Positions 36,433 through 44,962 of a DNA stretch of 64,000 nt are shown here, piece after piece. A program made the position numbers and the translations under genes. The stretch comes from Gammaproteobacteria bacterium (lineage in GTDB: Bacteria > Pseudomonadota > Gammaproteobacteria > Pseudomonadales > Azotimanducaceae). The notes beneath the pieces were generated by a model. The model was not told the DNA's origin. It saw only the letters and a program-made list of their open reading frames with translations, and ran no database searches. The stretch spans positions 2,870-66,869 of the forward strand of contig JAPPGA010000065.1 in NCBI GenBank assembly GCA_028821515.1. Reading direction: 5' to 3'. Position 1 is the first letter of the stretch; every line of letters begins with the position of its first letter.

Positions 36433-37059
36433 TCAGGGGCACTTCACCGGGCGGCCGCGGGCGTCTTCCACGATGCCGTCGCCGTCGCTGTCGCGGGCAT
36501 GCCGGACCCGGGCCTGCGCGTTGATGACGATCTGCCGCGCGAACCTCGGATCGCCGCTTTGGGGGCAATAGAGGATGTTCCCGTTCTGCCAGTCGGTCAG
36601 CCCGTTGGGCCTGATCATGAGGTACGTCCTGTTACGGAAGGAACGCCAGTAGAAGCGGTCGCCTTCGCGCAGCGGCGGCATGCGGCGAAGCACGACGTCG
36701 CTGCCGTCGAATCGTCCGTTGGCGTCCCTGTCGAGGAAAACCAGCGCGCCGTTGTGCCAGGTGTTGCGCCGGCCGCAGAGTGTGCCACTCCGAGGGCAGA
36801 GCGTAACGAACGAACGCTGCGTGACAGCGGCGTGGCGGGCGAAACGGATCGCGCCGAGCATCTGGTTGACGGCGGCGCCGGCGTGGTGCTGCTCCACAAG
36901 TTGGGTCGCGCCGCCACTGGCCGCGGTCACCAGGATGCCGGCCACGGCCAGCGTCGTCAGCAGTTCCACCAGGGTCAGCCCCTTGCAGTGTCCTGCGGGG
37001 CGCGCCTTCGATGGTGCCAGCAGCGGTCGATGACGTTTCCTGATACCTGGCCTGCCCAT
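36433..37059 (-). CDS. GspH-family minor pilin (FimT/FimU-like)
   Basis: KGLTLVELLTTLAVAGILV...AVNQMLGAIRFARHAAVTQ. The start is taken at the internal ATG at 37059 of ORF 36433-37290. Confidence 0.75.
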   Translation of the reverse strand: MGRPGIRKRHRPLLAPSKARPAGHCKGLTLVELLTTLAVAGILVTAASGGATQLVEQHHAGAAVNQMLGAIRFARHAAVTQRSFVTLCPRSGTLCGRRNTWHNGALVFLDRDANGRFDGSDVVLRRMPPLREGDRFYWRSFRNRTYLMIRPNGLTDWQNGNILYCPQSGDPRFARQIVINAQARVRHARDSDGDGIVEDARGRPVKCP

Positions 37060-37186
37060 TCGGTCCCCCCAGGTCTTGCCTGCCAGGCATGCTAGGTGTG
37101 ACGGGAGCCCCGCGAAAAGAGGACATCGCCGGTGGATAGGTGCGTGATCTTGCCTTCGTGACGTGCGAAATCGACCTGGCTTTGCG

Positions 37187-37432
37187 CTACCGCCCGAAAT
37201 CTCGCAACGAAACCCTGGATGTGACCAGTCTCCGGCGGCCGCAACGGTGGCATTTGCCAGGGTCACGGCGGTACCTGCCTGTTCTTGCAAGTTCTCGCGT
37301 TCGGGTGTTGGCGTGTCCCCGGCCCCTCAGATGGAGCATTGCTGTCAGGCAACCGTCGCATATCCCGTTTGGTTCCATCGCCGCGACGATGGCGGCGATC
37401 TGGTTGCGGACGGTGACTCGGCGGATGGGCAT
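37187..37432 (-). CDS. hypothetical small protein with CxxC...CxxC pattern
   Basis: 81 aa: ...ICDGCLTAMLHL...TRTRELARTGRYRRDPGKCHRCGRRRLV. High third-position GC. It lies between the vWA gene/repeat copy B and the FimT-like gene on the same strand. No family recognised. Confidence 0.4.
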   Translation of the reverse strand: MPIRRVTVRNQIAAIVAAMEPNGICDGCLTAMLHLRGRGHANTRTRELARTGRYRRDPGKCHRCGRRRLVTSRVSLRDFGR

Positions 37433-37445
37433 GTGACGGTGCGGG

Positions 37446-37579
37446 CTAGCAGCCTGTCGGACTTGCTGCCTCTGGCGGCAAGATCGACGGGATGCGGGAT
37501 GGGTGGGATGGGCACAACCGTGGGCTTGGGCGGGGGTGAAAGATGTTGCCCGTCAGGGCGATAGATTTCATGGCGCTAG
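37446..37579 (-). repeat. 134-bp repeated element, copy B, beginning on the TAG stop of the vWA gene
   Basis: Reverse complement of copy A. It is bounded by CTAG at both ends (37446-37449 and 37576-37579). The G-rich strand is the plus strand here (37489-37536). Confidence 0.9.
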
Positions 37580-40089
37580 GATCGGACAAACCGCAAGGTG
37601 CGCTTGATGTTGATGATGTCCTCGATGGCATCCTCCAGATCCTGGGCCGTTGGCGCGACGCGTACTTCGTCGACACCGGCTTGGCCGCCGTGGCCCCTGT
37701 CCACGCATTGTTCGAGCAGGGAGATGTTGGTTATGTCGGGGCCGTATATGCTGGTGCCTATATAGATGGCGTGGATGCGTACGCCGCGCCTCCCGGCAAG
37801 GTTGCAGGCGCGCCGGAACCAGTTATCCAGCCGGATCGGAATGTCGCGCTGATAGTACCTCCCCGTATAGTTGTTCAATCCGGTCACCGAGGGCAGCGAG
37901 AACGGCGCGACATCGTCCACGGGGGGGCCGTCCCCGACGCGGACCAGTTCGTCCGCCCGCCCGTACGCGCTGAACACCGTATGGGGCCGGCAATAGTGCC
38001 TGTTCCTGACGGGCCGGCCTTCGAAGTCGAACCAGTTCGCCGCTGTCATCAGGACATCTGCGGCATCCGCTTGCGTGGCGGCAAGTCTGTTGTCGTAGCC
38101 CCGGAAGAGTTGCCAGGGCGTCATGTCGTCGAGCGCGTTGTCCCATTGCGCCCGATACGCGTTGATGACCAGCCGGTCCGCCGGTTGCGTCGGATCCAGC
38201 CCCGACGTGGTCGGATGGAACATCTGGAAGCCGTCGAGCACGGCGGTTAGGCCTGCGGCACTGAACTTGCCGTCCGAATCGACGTCGAAGCCGCTCGCGA
38301 AAGCCGCGGGAGTTTCAGCGGACATGGCTGTGCCGTAGTCCGTGGCTGACGAAAGGTCTGGGTACCGGCCAACAGTGATCAGAGTGTTGCACGGTCCCCG
38401 GGCGAAGTACGGGTTGGCGCTGACCGGCCGACCTCTCTCGTACGATCCGAAGGACCGGCCTAGCGGAGGTCGGCCGAAGAAGTTGCCGCCATCGGATATG
38501 ATCACGATGGCCTTCTTCACGAGTGGCGAACAGCCCGCGGTTGATCCACCTGACGCGCACGGCTTGCGGGGAAGGGCCTCCCCCGACACGCTCCGGGTAT
38601 CCCACACGTCCCGCCATAGCGGGGACAGCGTCCGAAGACCCCAGACGATGCCCAGGTGCATGAACGTCTGGGCGTAGCCGGTCTTCGAATGCGTCTGTAC
38701 AACCCGGTAGTTGTTTGCGGCCTGCAGGGTCGCGAGATCATCCGTCAGCGGCACGATCGGCGCCTCGGGACAGAGCAGGCTGCCCCCGCGATCATGGAGG
38801 TGCACGACCCAGTCATTGTCGGATCTGGGCAGGTGTGTCCTGGCCGAAGGGTTGTAACCGGGTGTGAGCGTCCTACGCAGGACCTCATCCAGGTAACCGT
38901 CGGCCGTGCCATGGACCCCCGCGTCGGGCCAGGAGTATGCGGTGAAGCGGGTATTCGGGTCGGCCGCCTCCGGAGGCGCGTCGAAGAGGTGGAGCGGCAT
39001 GTTCCTGATTCTGCTCGAGCCCGGTGCCCAGCCGTCGACGATCTTGGTGGCGGGCCAATTGCTCCTCTTGGTGGCGTCCCAGTTCGTGGGCCTGGCGGTC
39101 GAATGCCAGTACGCGCCCCACCTTGCCATCACGCAGCCGTTCCAGAAGTCCTGGCCCCGAAAGCGCCATGTGGGCGCGGCGGGCCTCTGAACGGATATGT
39201 TCGCCGTTCCCGCCTGGTGCAGGTTCCAGTCGGTGCCCACGAGGAAATCGGGAAGGTCGCGCGAAGCCAGCGGTCCCATGTCGGCACCGGTGCCATAGGA
39301 ATGGAACGTGTCGACCCAGTGGCCCGTGGTGTCGCGGGAGACTTGCGTATCGTAATTGGCGCCGGTGAGCATCCTTACGTAGCGTTCCTTGTCGTCCGTC
39401 TGGGCTGTCCCGGAGGTATCCGCCACGTTGACGACATTGGCGTAAGGAACGAGAGATACCGCGACGAGGCCGGGATTTGTTGTGGAAAGGTCCTCCACCG
39501 TTTGCGCGATAGCCGAGATGGCGTTTTTCAGCGCCCGCATCCTGGTCACCGACCAGCCGATGGGGGTGTCGCCCATCGATGGCGATACGTCCAGCGCGAG
39601 GGCGAACTCGTACTGGCTCTGGTCGAACTCCACTACCACCTCTGCTCGCAAGGACTCGCCGGCGCCCGCCCTGCCTCCCGACCACAGGTCCTTGAACGCG
39701 TAGGTGGCGTTGCCCGCGACCCTGATGGTCGTCTGGCCAGTCGAGGCGTCGTGCACGACAACTATGTCGTCCTTTGAGATGACCAGGTCTTCCAGCAGGC
39801 CTCGCATGACGCCCGCGACGCGTTCCTTGATCTTGTCTTCGTTGGCGGCCAGGTTGCCCCGCATGAAGTGGGCCGCGGCGGCAACCCCGGCCCGGAGCGC
39901 GGCCTGGACCTCTTCTTCCTGCGCTTCGCGCCAGGCATAGTTCACGAGCAGGCCGCCAACGGTTGCCATGGAAACCATGGCAAGGCCTCCGCCGATCAAC
40001 ATCGCCCCCGCCTTGCGGGATATGGCGAATGCCCCGACAGTTGCGAGGAACCGGGCTATCACCCCTTTGGCAGGGTGGGAATTTCTCAT
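37576..40089 (-). CDS. large TadG-like protein with split von Willebrand factor A domain
   Basis: 837 aa. N-terminal TM/TadE-G-like segment: AGAMLIGGGLAMVSMATVGGLLVNYAWREAQ...AALRAGVAAAA. MIDAS motif: LALDVSPSMG. Later vWA strands are AIVIISDGGN and VRIHAIYIG, separated by very long insertions. Confidence 0.8.
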   Translation of the reverse strand: MRNSHPAKGVIARFLATVGAFAISRKAGAMLIGGGLAMVSMATVGGLLVNYAWREAQEEEVQAALRAGVAAAAHFMRGNLAANEDKIKERVAGVMRGLLEDLVISKDDIVVVHDASTGQTTIRVAGNATYAFKDLWSGGRAGAGESLRAEVVVEFDQSQYEFALALDVSPSMGDTPIGWSVTRMRALKNAISAIAQTVEDLSTTNPGLVAVSLVPYANVVNVADTSGTAQTDDKERYVRMLTGANYDTQVSRDTTGHWVDTFHSYGTGADMGPLASRDLPDFLVGTDWNLHQAGTANISVQRPAAPTWRFRGQDFWNGCVMARWGAYWHSTARPTNWDATKRSNWPATKIVDGWAPGSSRIRNMPLHLFDAPPEAADPNTRFTAYSWPDAGVHGTADGYLDEVLRRTLTPGYNPSARTHLPRSDNDWVVHLHDRGGSLLCPEAPIVPLTDDLATLQAANNYRVVQTHSKTGYAQTFMHLGIVWGLRTLSPLWRDVWDTRSVSGEALPRKPCASGGSTAGCSPLVKKAIVIISDGGNFFGRPPLGRSFGSYERGRPVSANPYFARGPCNTLITVGRYPDLSSATDYGTAMSAETPAAFASGFDVDSDGKFSAAGLTAVLDGFQMFHPTTSGLDPTQPADRLVINAYRAQWDNALDDMTPWQLFRGYDNRLAATQADAADVLMTAANWFDFEGRPVRNRHYCRPHTVFSAYGRADELVRVGDGPPVDDVAPFSLPSVTGLNNYTGRYYQRDIPIRLDNWFRRACNLAGRRGVRIHAIYIGTSIYGPDITNISLLEQCVDRGHGGQAGVDEVRVAPTAQDLEDAIEDIINIKRTLRFVRS

Positions 40090-40380
40090 TGGATTGGACG
40101 CGGAACCGCCCCGAGATTTCTGGCTCTGGGCATACCTGCTCTCTTCCCGATTAACTGGGGCCGAGGCCGTTCACCAGTGAGGCGATGAAGGTGGTTGCGT
40201 CGGCCCCGGCCCCAACAACCCGTTCCGAGTTCGATCAAATCGGCTTTCCACGCCATCCTGGTCGACGCGACTGACTCACGCCCTGGTCTTCGTTCGTCTA
40301 TCCAGCGACTGCGCAGCCGTACAAGGTTGGGCCGCCCCGTCTGTACTTGGGCACCTCGCGGCTAGGTTGACACAATCGGC

Positions 40381-40447
40381 CAGTTATTGAGTTAATTAAC
40401 CGTGTGGAAAAAGTGATTTTTTATATTCTTTTCATAAAGTTTATTGA
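40381..40447. promoter_or_regulatory. AT-rich tract with perfect 10-bp palindrome GTTAATTAAC in a divergent intergenic region
   Basis: cagttattgaGTTAATTAACcgtgtggaaaaagtgattttttatattcttttcataaagtttattga stands out against the GC-rich surroundings. It sits between the vWA gene (-) and the fused two-component gene (+). Confidence 0.4.
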
Positions 40448-40554
40448 CGTGAGCCGAGCGGGGCCGGAACCGGTGGATAGATGGATCGAATTCGATTTCG
40501 ACTGCGGTCCGGCGTGTGGCACCGTGACGCGCTCCGGTCCTTGAGGAAGCACCC

Positions 40555-42891
40555 ATGACACGATCCAGGAAACCGGCGGCCGACATCGAAAGCCCCCTTG
40601 AGCGGGAATCCTCCCTGACCGAAGCGATCCTTCGGATGAGCGCGAGTCTCGACCTCGACACGGTGCTCAGCGAAGCGGTCGACGGCGCCCGCGGCCTTAC
40701 CGGCGCCCGCCTCGGCATGATTGCCACGGTGGACGATGCAGGCGCGCCGGGGGACTTCATCTACTCGGGATTCACGCCTGAAGAGTCGCGAGAACTCGGC
40801 TCCTGGCCCGACCGCGGGCCCCTTTTCGAGCACCTGCGCGGACTGCCCACGACGCTACGGGTGCCGGATCTCGCGGACTATGTCCGCTCCCTGGGGCTGT
40901 CGCCGACGCCAACGCTCTCCCGGGCTTTCCAGGGCACGCCGATGCACTATCGCGGCGTCAACGTCGGCAACTTCTTCCTTGCCGAGAAGGTTGCGGGCGC
41001 CGAGTTCACTGACGGCGACGAGGCGGTGCTGATGCTGTTCGCGTCCCAGGCGGCCGCTGCGATCGCCAACGCCCGCACGCATCGCGATGAGCGTCACGCC
41101 CGGGCGGACCTCGAAGCCCTCGTCGAGACCTCGCCGGTGGGCGTCGTCGTCTTTGAAGGCAGCGGCCGGCCGTTGTCGCTCAACCGCGAGGCGAGGCGGA
41201 TCGTCGAAAACCTGCGGATGCCCGGCCATCCAACGGAGCAACTGCTTGAGGTGATCGCCTGCCGCCGCGCGGACGGCCGCCAGGTGTCGCTCGCCGAGTT
41301 CCCGCTGGCGCAGCAGTTCATCGCGAACCCCGAGACCGTACGCGCGGAGGAGATGGTGCTCTCGGTGCCGGACGGCCGCAGCATCCGGACGCTGATCAAC
41401 TGTACTCCCATTCCTGCCGAGGAGGACGAACTCGGATCTGTCGTGGTGACCATGCAGGATCTCGCCCCGATCGACGAGATCGAACGCATGCGCACTGAGT
41501 TCCTGGGCCTGGTGAGCCACGAGTTGCGCGCGCCATTGACTGCCATCAAGGGTTCCGGGGTCACGCTGCTGGAGGAAGCGTCGGACCTTGATCCGGCCGA
41601 AGTGCACGAGTTCTCCCGCATCATCGTCGAGCAGGCTGACCTCATGCGCGCCCTGATTGCCGATCTGCTCGATGCAGGGCGCATTGACTCCGGCACGCTC
41701 TCCGTCACACCCGAACCCTCGGAGGTGGCCGACCTGGTGGAGCGCGCCAGGGACACTTTCATCGGCGGTGGCGGCAGCCACGGGATTGTCGTCGATCTGC
41801 CCGCCGGGCTACCCCGCGTGCTGGCCGACCGGCGCCGCATCGCGCAGGTCCTGAACAACCTCTTTGCCAACGCCGTACGTCACGCGCCACAGTCGATGGA
41901 AATCCGCGTGGCGGCGGCGCGCGAGGAAACCCACGTCGCGATCCTGGTTTCCGACGACGGTCCGGGCGTGCCGGCGGAGCTGTTGCCACATCTCTTCCGA
42001 AAGCACGTCGGCGGTGGCGCGGGCGGCACAGCGGGTCACGGCCTCGGTCTCGCGATCTGCAAGGGGCTCGTGGAGGCGCACGGAGGCCGCATCCGGGCCG
42101 AGAGCAACGGCCCCGGCGAGGGCACCACGATAACCTTTACCATTCCCGTCGCCGGAGAGCCCGTAGACGCGGGCCGTGGCCCTGCGTCCACGGGGTCGCC
42201 GTCCGCGGGCGAGCGGCCGCGCATCCTGGTGGTCGACGACGACCCGCGCACGCTTCGCTTCGTGCGCGACGCGTTGTCCAAGGCGGGCTACGCGCCCCTG
42301 GTCACCGCGGCAACGCATGACCTGTCGCGGATCATCCGCGCTGAACGGCCCCGTCTCGTGCTGCTCGACCTGATGCTGCCGGGCATCAACGGGATCGAAA
42401 TGATGCGGCAGATTCCCGAACTCTCGGACGTGCCCGTCATCTTTATCTCCGGCTACGGCCGCGACGAGACGGTCGCACGGGCGTTCGAGTCGGGTGCCGT
42501 CGATTACATAGTCAAGCCCTTCTCACCCACGGAACTGGTGGCGCGCGTGCGGGCCGCCCTGCGTCGATACGAGGAGCCCTTGCCTTTCACGCTGGGCGAT
42601 CTCGCCGTCCATTTCGAGAGCCGGCAGGTGACCGTAGCGGGCCGCTCGGTGGATCTCACCGCTACCGAGTACGAGTTGCTACGGGTGCTGGCTCTCAATG
42701 CCGGTCGGGTTGTGCACTACGACACGCTGCTCCGCCAGGTCTGGAGCGGTCGCAGCAGCGCCGATACGAACCTGGTCCGGATATTCGTCAAGAGCCTGCG
42801 GGACAAACTCGGCGACAGCGCGACCGATCCCACCTGGATCTTCAACGAGCGGGGCGTCGGCTACCGAATGCCGAAACCCGATGATGGTTGA
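40555..42891 (+). CDS. soluble GAF-PAS histidine kinase fused to an OmpR-type response regulator (REC plus winged-helix DNA-binding domain)
   Basis: H-box: SHELRAPLTAIKG. N/G boxes: NNLFANAVRHA, DDGPGVP and GHGLGLAICKGLVEAHGG. REC: ILVVDDDP...LVLLDLMLPG...KPF. Trans_reg_C: LTATEYELLRVL...VKSLRDKLGD...RGVGYRM. No hydrophobic TM segment was seen. Confidence 0.9.
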   Translation: MTRSRKPAADIESPLERESSLTEAILRMSASLDLDTVLSEAVDGARGLTGARLGMIATVDDAGAPGDFIYSGFTPEESRELGSWPDRGPLFEHLRGLPTTLRVPDLADYVRSLGLSPTPTLSRAFQGTPMHYRGVNVGNFFLAEKVAGAEFTDGDEAVLMLFASQAAAAIANARTHRDERHARADLEALVETSPVGVVVFEGSGRPLSLNREARRIVENLRMPGHPTEQLLEVIACRRADGRQVSLAEFPLAQQFIANPETVRAEEMVLSVPDGRSIRTLINCTPIPAEEDELGSVVVTMQDLAPIDEIERMRTEFLGLVSHELRAPLTAIKGSGVTLLEEASDLDPAEVHEFSRIIVEQADLMRALIADLLDAGRIDSGTLSVTPEPSEVADLVERARDTFIGGGGSHGIVVDLPAGLPRVLADRRRIAQVLNNLFANAVRHAPQSMEIRVAAAREETHVAILVSDDGPGVPAELLPHLFRKHVGGGAGGTAGHGLGLAICKGLVEAHGGRIRAESNGPGEGTTITFTIPVAGEPVDAGRGPASTGSPSAGERPRILVVDDDPRTLRFVRDALSKAGYAPLVTAATHDLSRIIRAERPRLVLLDLMLPGINGIEMMRQIPELSDVPVIFISGYGRDETVARAFESGAVDYIVKPFSPTELVARVRAALRRYEEPLPFTLGDLAVHFESRQVTVAGRSVDLTATEYELLRVLALNAGRVVHYDTLLRQVWSGRSSADTNLVRIFVKSLRDKLGDSATDPTWIFNERGVGYRMPKPDDG

Positions 42892-42913
42892 GCGACGCCT
42901 ACGTGGCTAGGAT

Positions 42914-43810
42914 TCAATTCCGTGGCTGTTCGAAGCTGGCCGGTTCCGGTACGCCGCTCCGGCCGATGAGGCCGAAGGTCATGACGTTCAGCAGGGACCG
43001 CGTACGCTGCCTGGTCGCCTGCGCGAACGCGAAGTTGCCGTCGATGTCGAACGCCGAGTGTTCGGGATAGTTGAGCGCCAATATCCGCAACGCATCGTTT
43101 GCCGTCTCGGGCAGGCCGAGCTGATAGCTGGCCTCCACGAGGATGGCGAGGGCATCCGAGGCCGCCGGGGTCTGGGAGTAGTTCTCGACGACTCCGCGCG
43201 CGCGATTCGCCGCCGCGACGTAGGCGCCCCGCGACATGTAGTACATGGCTATGTTGATTTCCGACGTTGCGATCAGGTTCCGCAGGTGGACCATTCGCTG
43301 CCGGGCATCCTTTGCGTAGATGCTGTCGGGGTAGTTTCGAAGCAGATCGGAATAGTGCGCGAACGCCTGCCGGGCGTTGGTGACGTCGCGCTTGGCCAGG
43401 TCCCCGGGCCGGAAACGGTCGAAGAGGTTGCGGTCGAACCTCTCGGAAATCAGTCCCTGCAGGTACAGGACATAGTCGATGTTGGGGTTCTGGGGATGCA
43501 GCCGGAGGAACCGGTCCGCGGCGCTTTCCGCATCATCGAGCGAGTGCGCCATCAGTCTCGCGTATATGAGCTCGAGCTGGGCCTGCTCCGCGTGACGCCC
43601 GAAGGGAAAACGTGCCTCCAGCCGCTCGAGTTTTTCGATCGCGGCGTTGTAGTTGCCGGAGCGCATGCTGTTGCGCGCGCTGTTGTAGAGTATCTCCTCG
43701 GTCGTGTACGCCTCGGTTTCCTCCTTGTCGCTGCCGATGAAGGGCATCCAGGCGCACCCGCTGGCGCCGAAAACGAGAAGCAGGAACCCAATTCGCAGTT
43801 GTCTGGACAT
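42914..43810 (-). CDS. bamD: outer membrane protein assembly factor BamD
   Basis: Lipobox LLVFGASGC and TPR-like repeats (YNSARNSMRSGNYNAAIEKLERLEARFPFG). It is divergent from rluD, as in other gammaproteobacteria. Confidence 0.9.
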   Translation of the reverse strand: MSRQLRIGFLLLVFGASGCAWMPFIGSDKEETEAYTTEEILYNSARNSMRSGNYNAAIEKLERLEARFPFGRHAEQAQLELIYARLMAHSLDDAESAADRFLRLHPQNPNIDYVLYLQGLISERFDRNLFDRFRPGDLAKRDVTNARQAFAHYSDLLRNYPDSIYAKDARQRMVHLRNLIATSEINIAMYYMSRGAYVAAANRARGVVENYSQTPAASDALAILVEASYQLGLPETANDALRILALNYPEHSAFDIDGNFAFAQATRQRTRSLLNVMTFGLIGRSGVPEPASFEQPRN

Positions 43811-43859
43811 GCGGGCTAGTGTAACCGTTCAATAGCTGTGGCGCTCGAAGGAGCCACCA

Positions 43860-44843
43860 ATGCAGGCCGATCATCACGTCTTTGACGGCGTCGTGCCGGG
43901 GGAGCGTGCGGGGGAGAGGTTCGATGTCGTGGCGGCGGGACTGGTGCCGCACCTGTCGCGTGGCAGGATCGTCGCCGCGATCCGGTCCGGTGCTGCGTTG
44001 CTCGACGGTCGTGTCCAGAAGCCGGCGTACCGGGTTCGCGGGGGCGAACGGATCCTCATCCACCTCGAGGAGCAGCCGCGCGCCCTGCAGGATCTGCCGC
44101 AGCCCGTGGCGTTCGAGGTAGCGTACGAGGACGAACATCTTATCGTCGTCGACAAGCCGCCGGGACTGGTGGTGCATCCGGGTGCCGGGAACGCGGACGG
44201 TACGCTCGTCAACGGCCTGCTCGCCAGGCGGCCGGACCTGGCCGCGTTGCCCAGGGCCGGGATCGTCCACCGGCTGGACAAGGACACCAGCGGCCTGATG
44301 GTGGTGGCGGCGACCGAGCAGGTGCGCCAGTCGCTCGTGCGGGCCATTCAGCGCCGGGCCGTCGACAGGATCTACATGGCGGTGGTGGAAGGCGTCATGA
44401 TCGCAGGCAGGGATATCGATCTCGCACTTGGCCGGGATTCCCGGCAACGCCTGCGGTGGCGCGCGCGCGACGACGGCCGTCCGGCACTGACGCACGTGCG
44501 TGTCGTCGCCCGCTACCGGGCCCACACGCTGGTGCGCGCGAAGCTGGAGACAGGGCGCACGCACCAGGTGCGGGCGCACATGAGCGCCGTGGGTCACCCG
44601 CTCGTGGGCGACAGGCGCTATGGTGCGCGCGGCCGATTGCCGAAGGTGCCGAGCGAGGAACTTGTCGAGACGATTCGCGCGTTTCCGAGACAGGCATTGC
44701 ACGCGCGTTGTCTCGGCTTCGAGCATCCCGTGCTCGGCAGCGAGATGCGGTTCGAGAGCCCCGTCCCCGCCGACATCGCATCACTTGTTCGAACGCTCAA
44801 GGCGGATGCGGATGTGGTTCATCCACCCGGGCCCATGAGGTGA
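43860..44843 (+). CDS. rluD: 23S rRNA pseudouridine synthase RluD
   Basis: An S4-like N-terminus, plus HRLDKDTSGLMVVA and RTHQVRAHM. Confidence 0.9.
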   Translation: MQADHHVFDGVVPGERAGERFDVVAAGLVPHLSRGRIVAAIRSGAALLDGRVQKPAYRVRGGERILIHLEEQPRALQDLPQPVAFEVAYEDEHLIVVDKPPGLVVHPGAGNADGTLVNGLLARRPDLAALPRAGIVHRLDKDTSGLMVVAATEQVRQSLVRAIQRRAVDRIYMAVVEGVMIAGRDIDLALGRDSRQRLRWRARDDGRPALTHVRVVARYRAHTLVRAKLETGRTHQVRAHMSAVGHPLVGDRRYGARGRLPKVPSEELVETIRAFPRQALHARCLGFEHPVLGSEMRFESPVPADIASLVRTLKADADVVHPPGPMR

Positions 44844-44962
44844 CATCCGGGGCAATGACTTAAGTCGACTGAGGCATTTGTCCATATGGAATTCCCGGCG
44901 TTCACGCACAGCCGCTCCGAATCCGCTGTGCTACAGTCGCATCGCTGACTGCCGGAACACAC

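Noticed and set aside
37060-37290. Long form of the FimT-like ORF (285 aa)
   Set aside because: The prepilin-type leader must lie close to the N-terminus. The ATG at 37059 gives a ~25-residue basic leader before GLTLVELL, whereas the extension adds ~77 unrelated residues.
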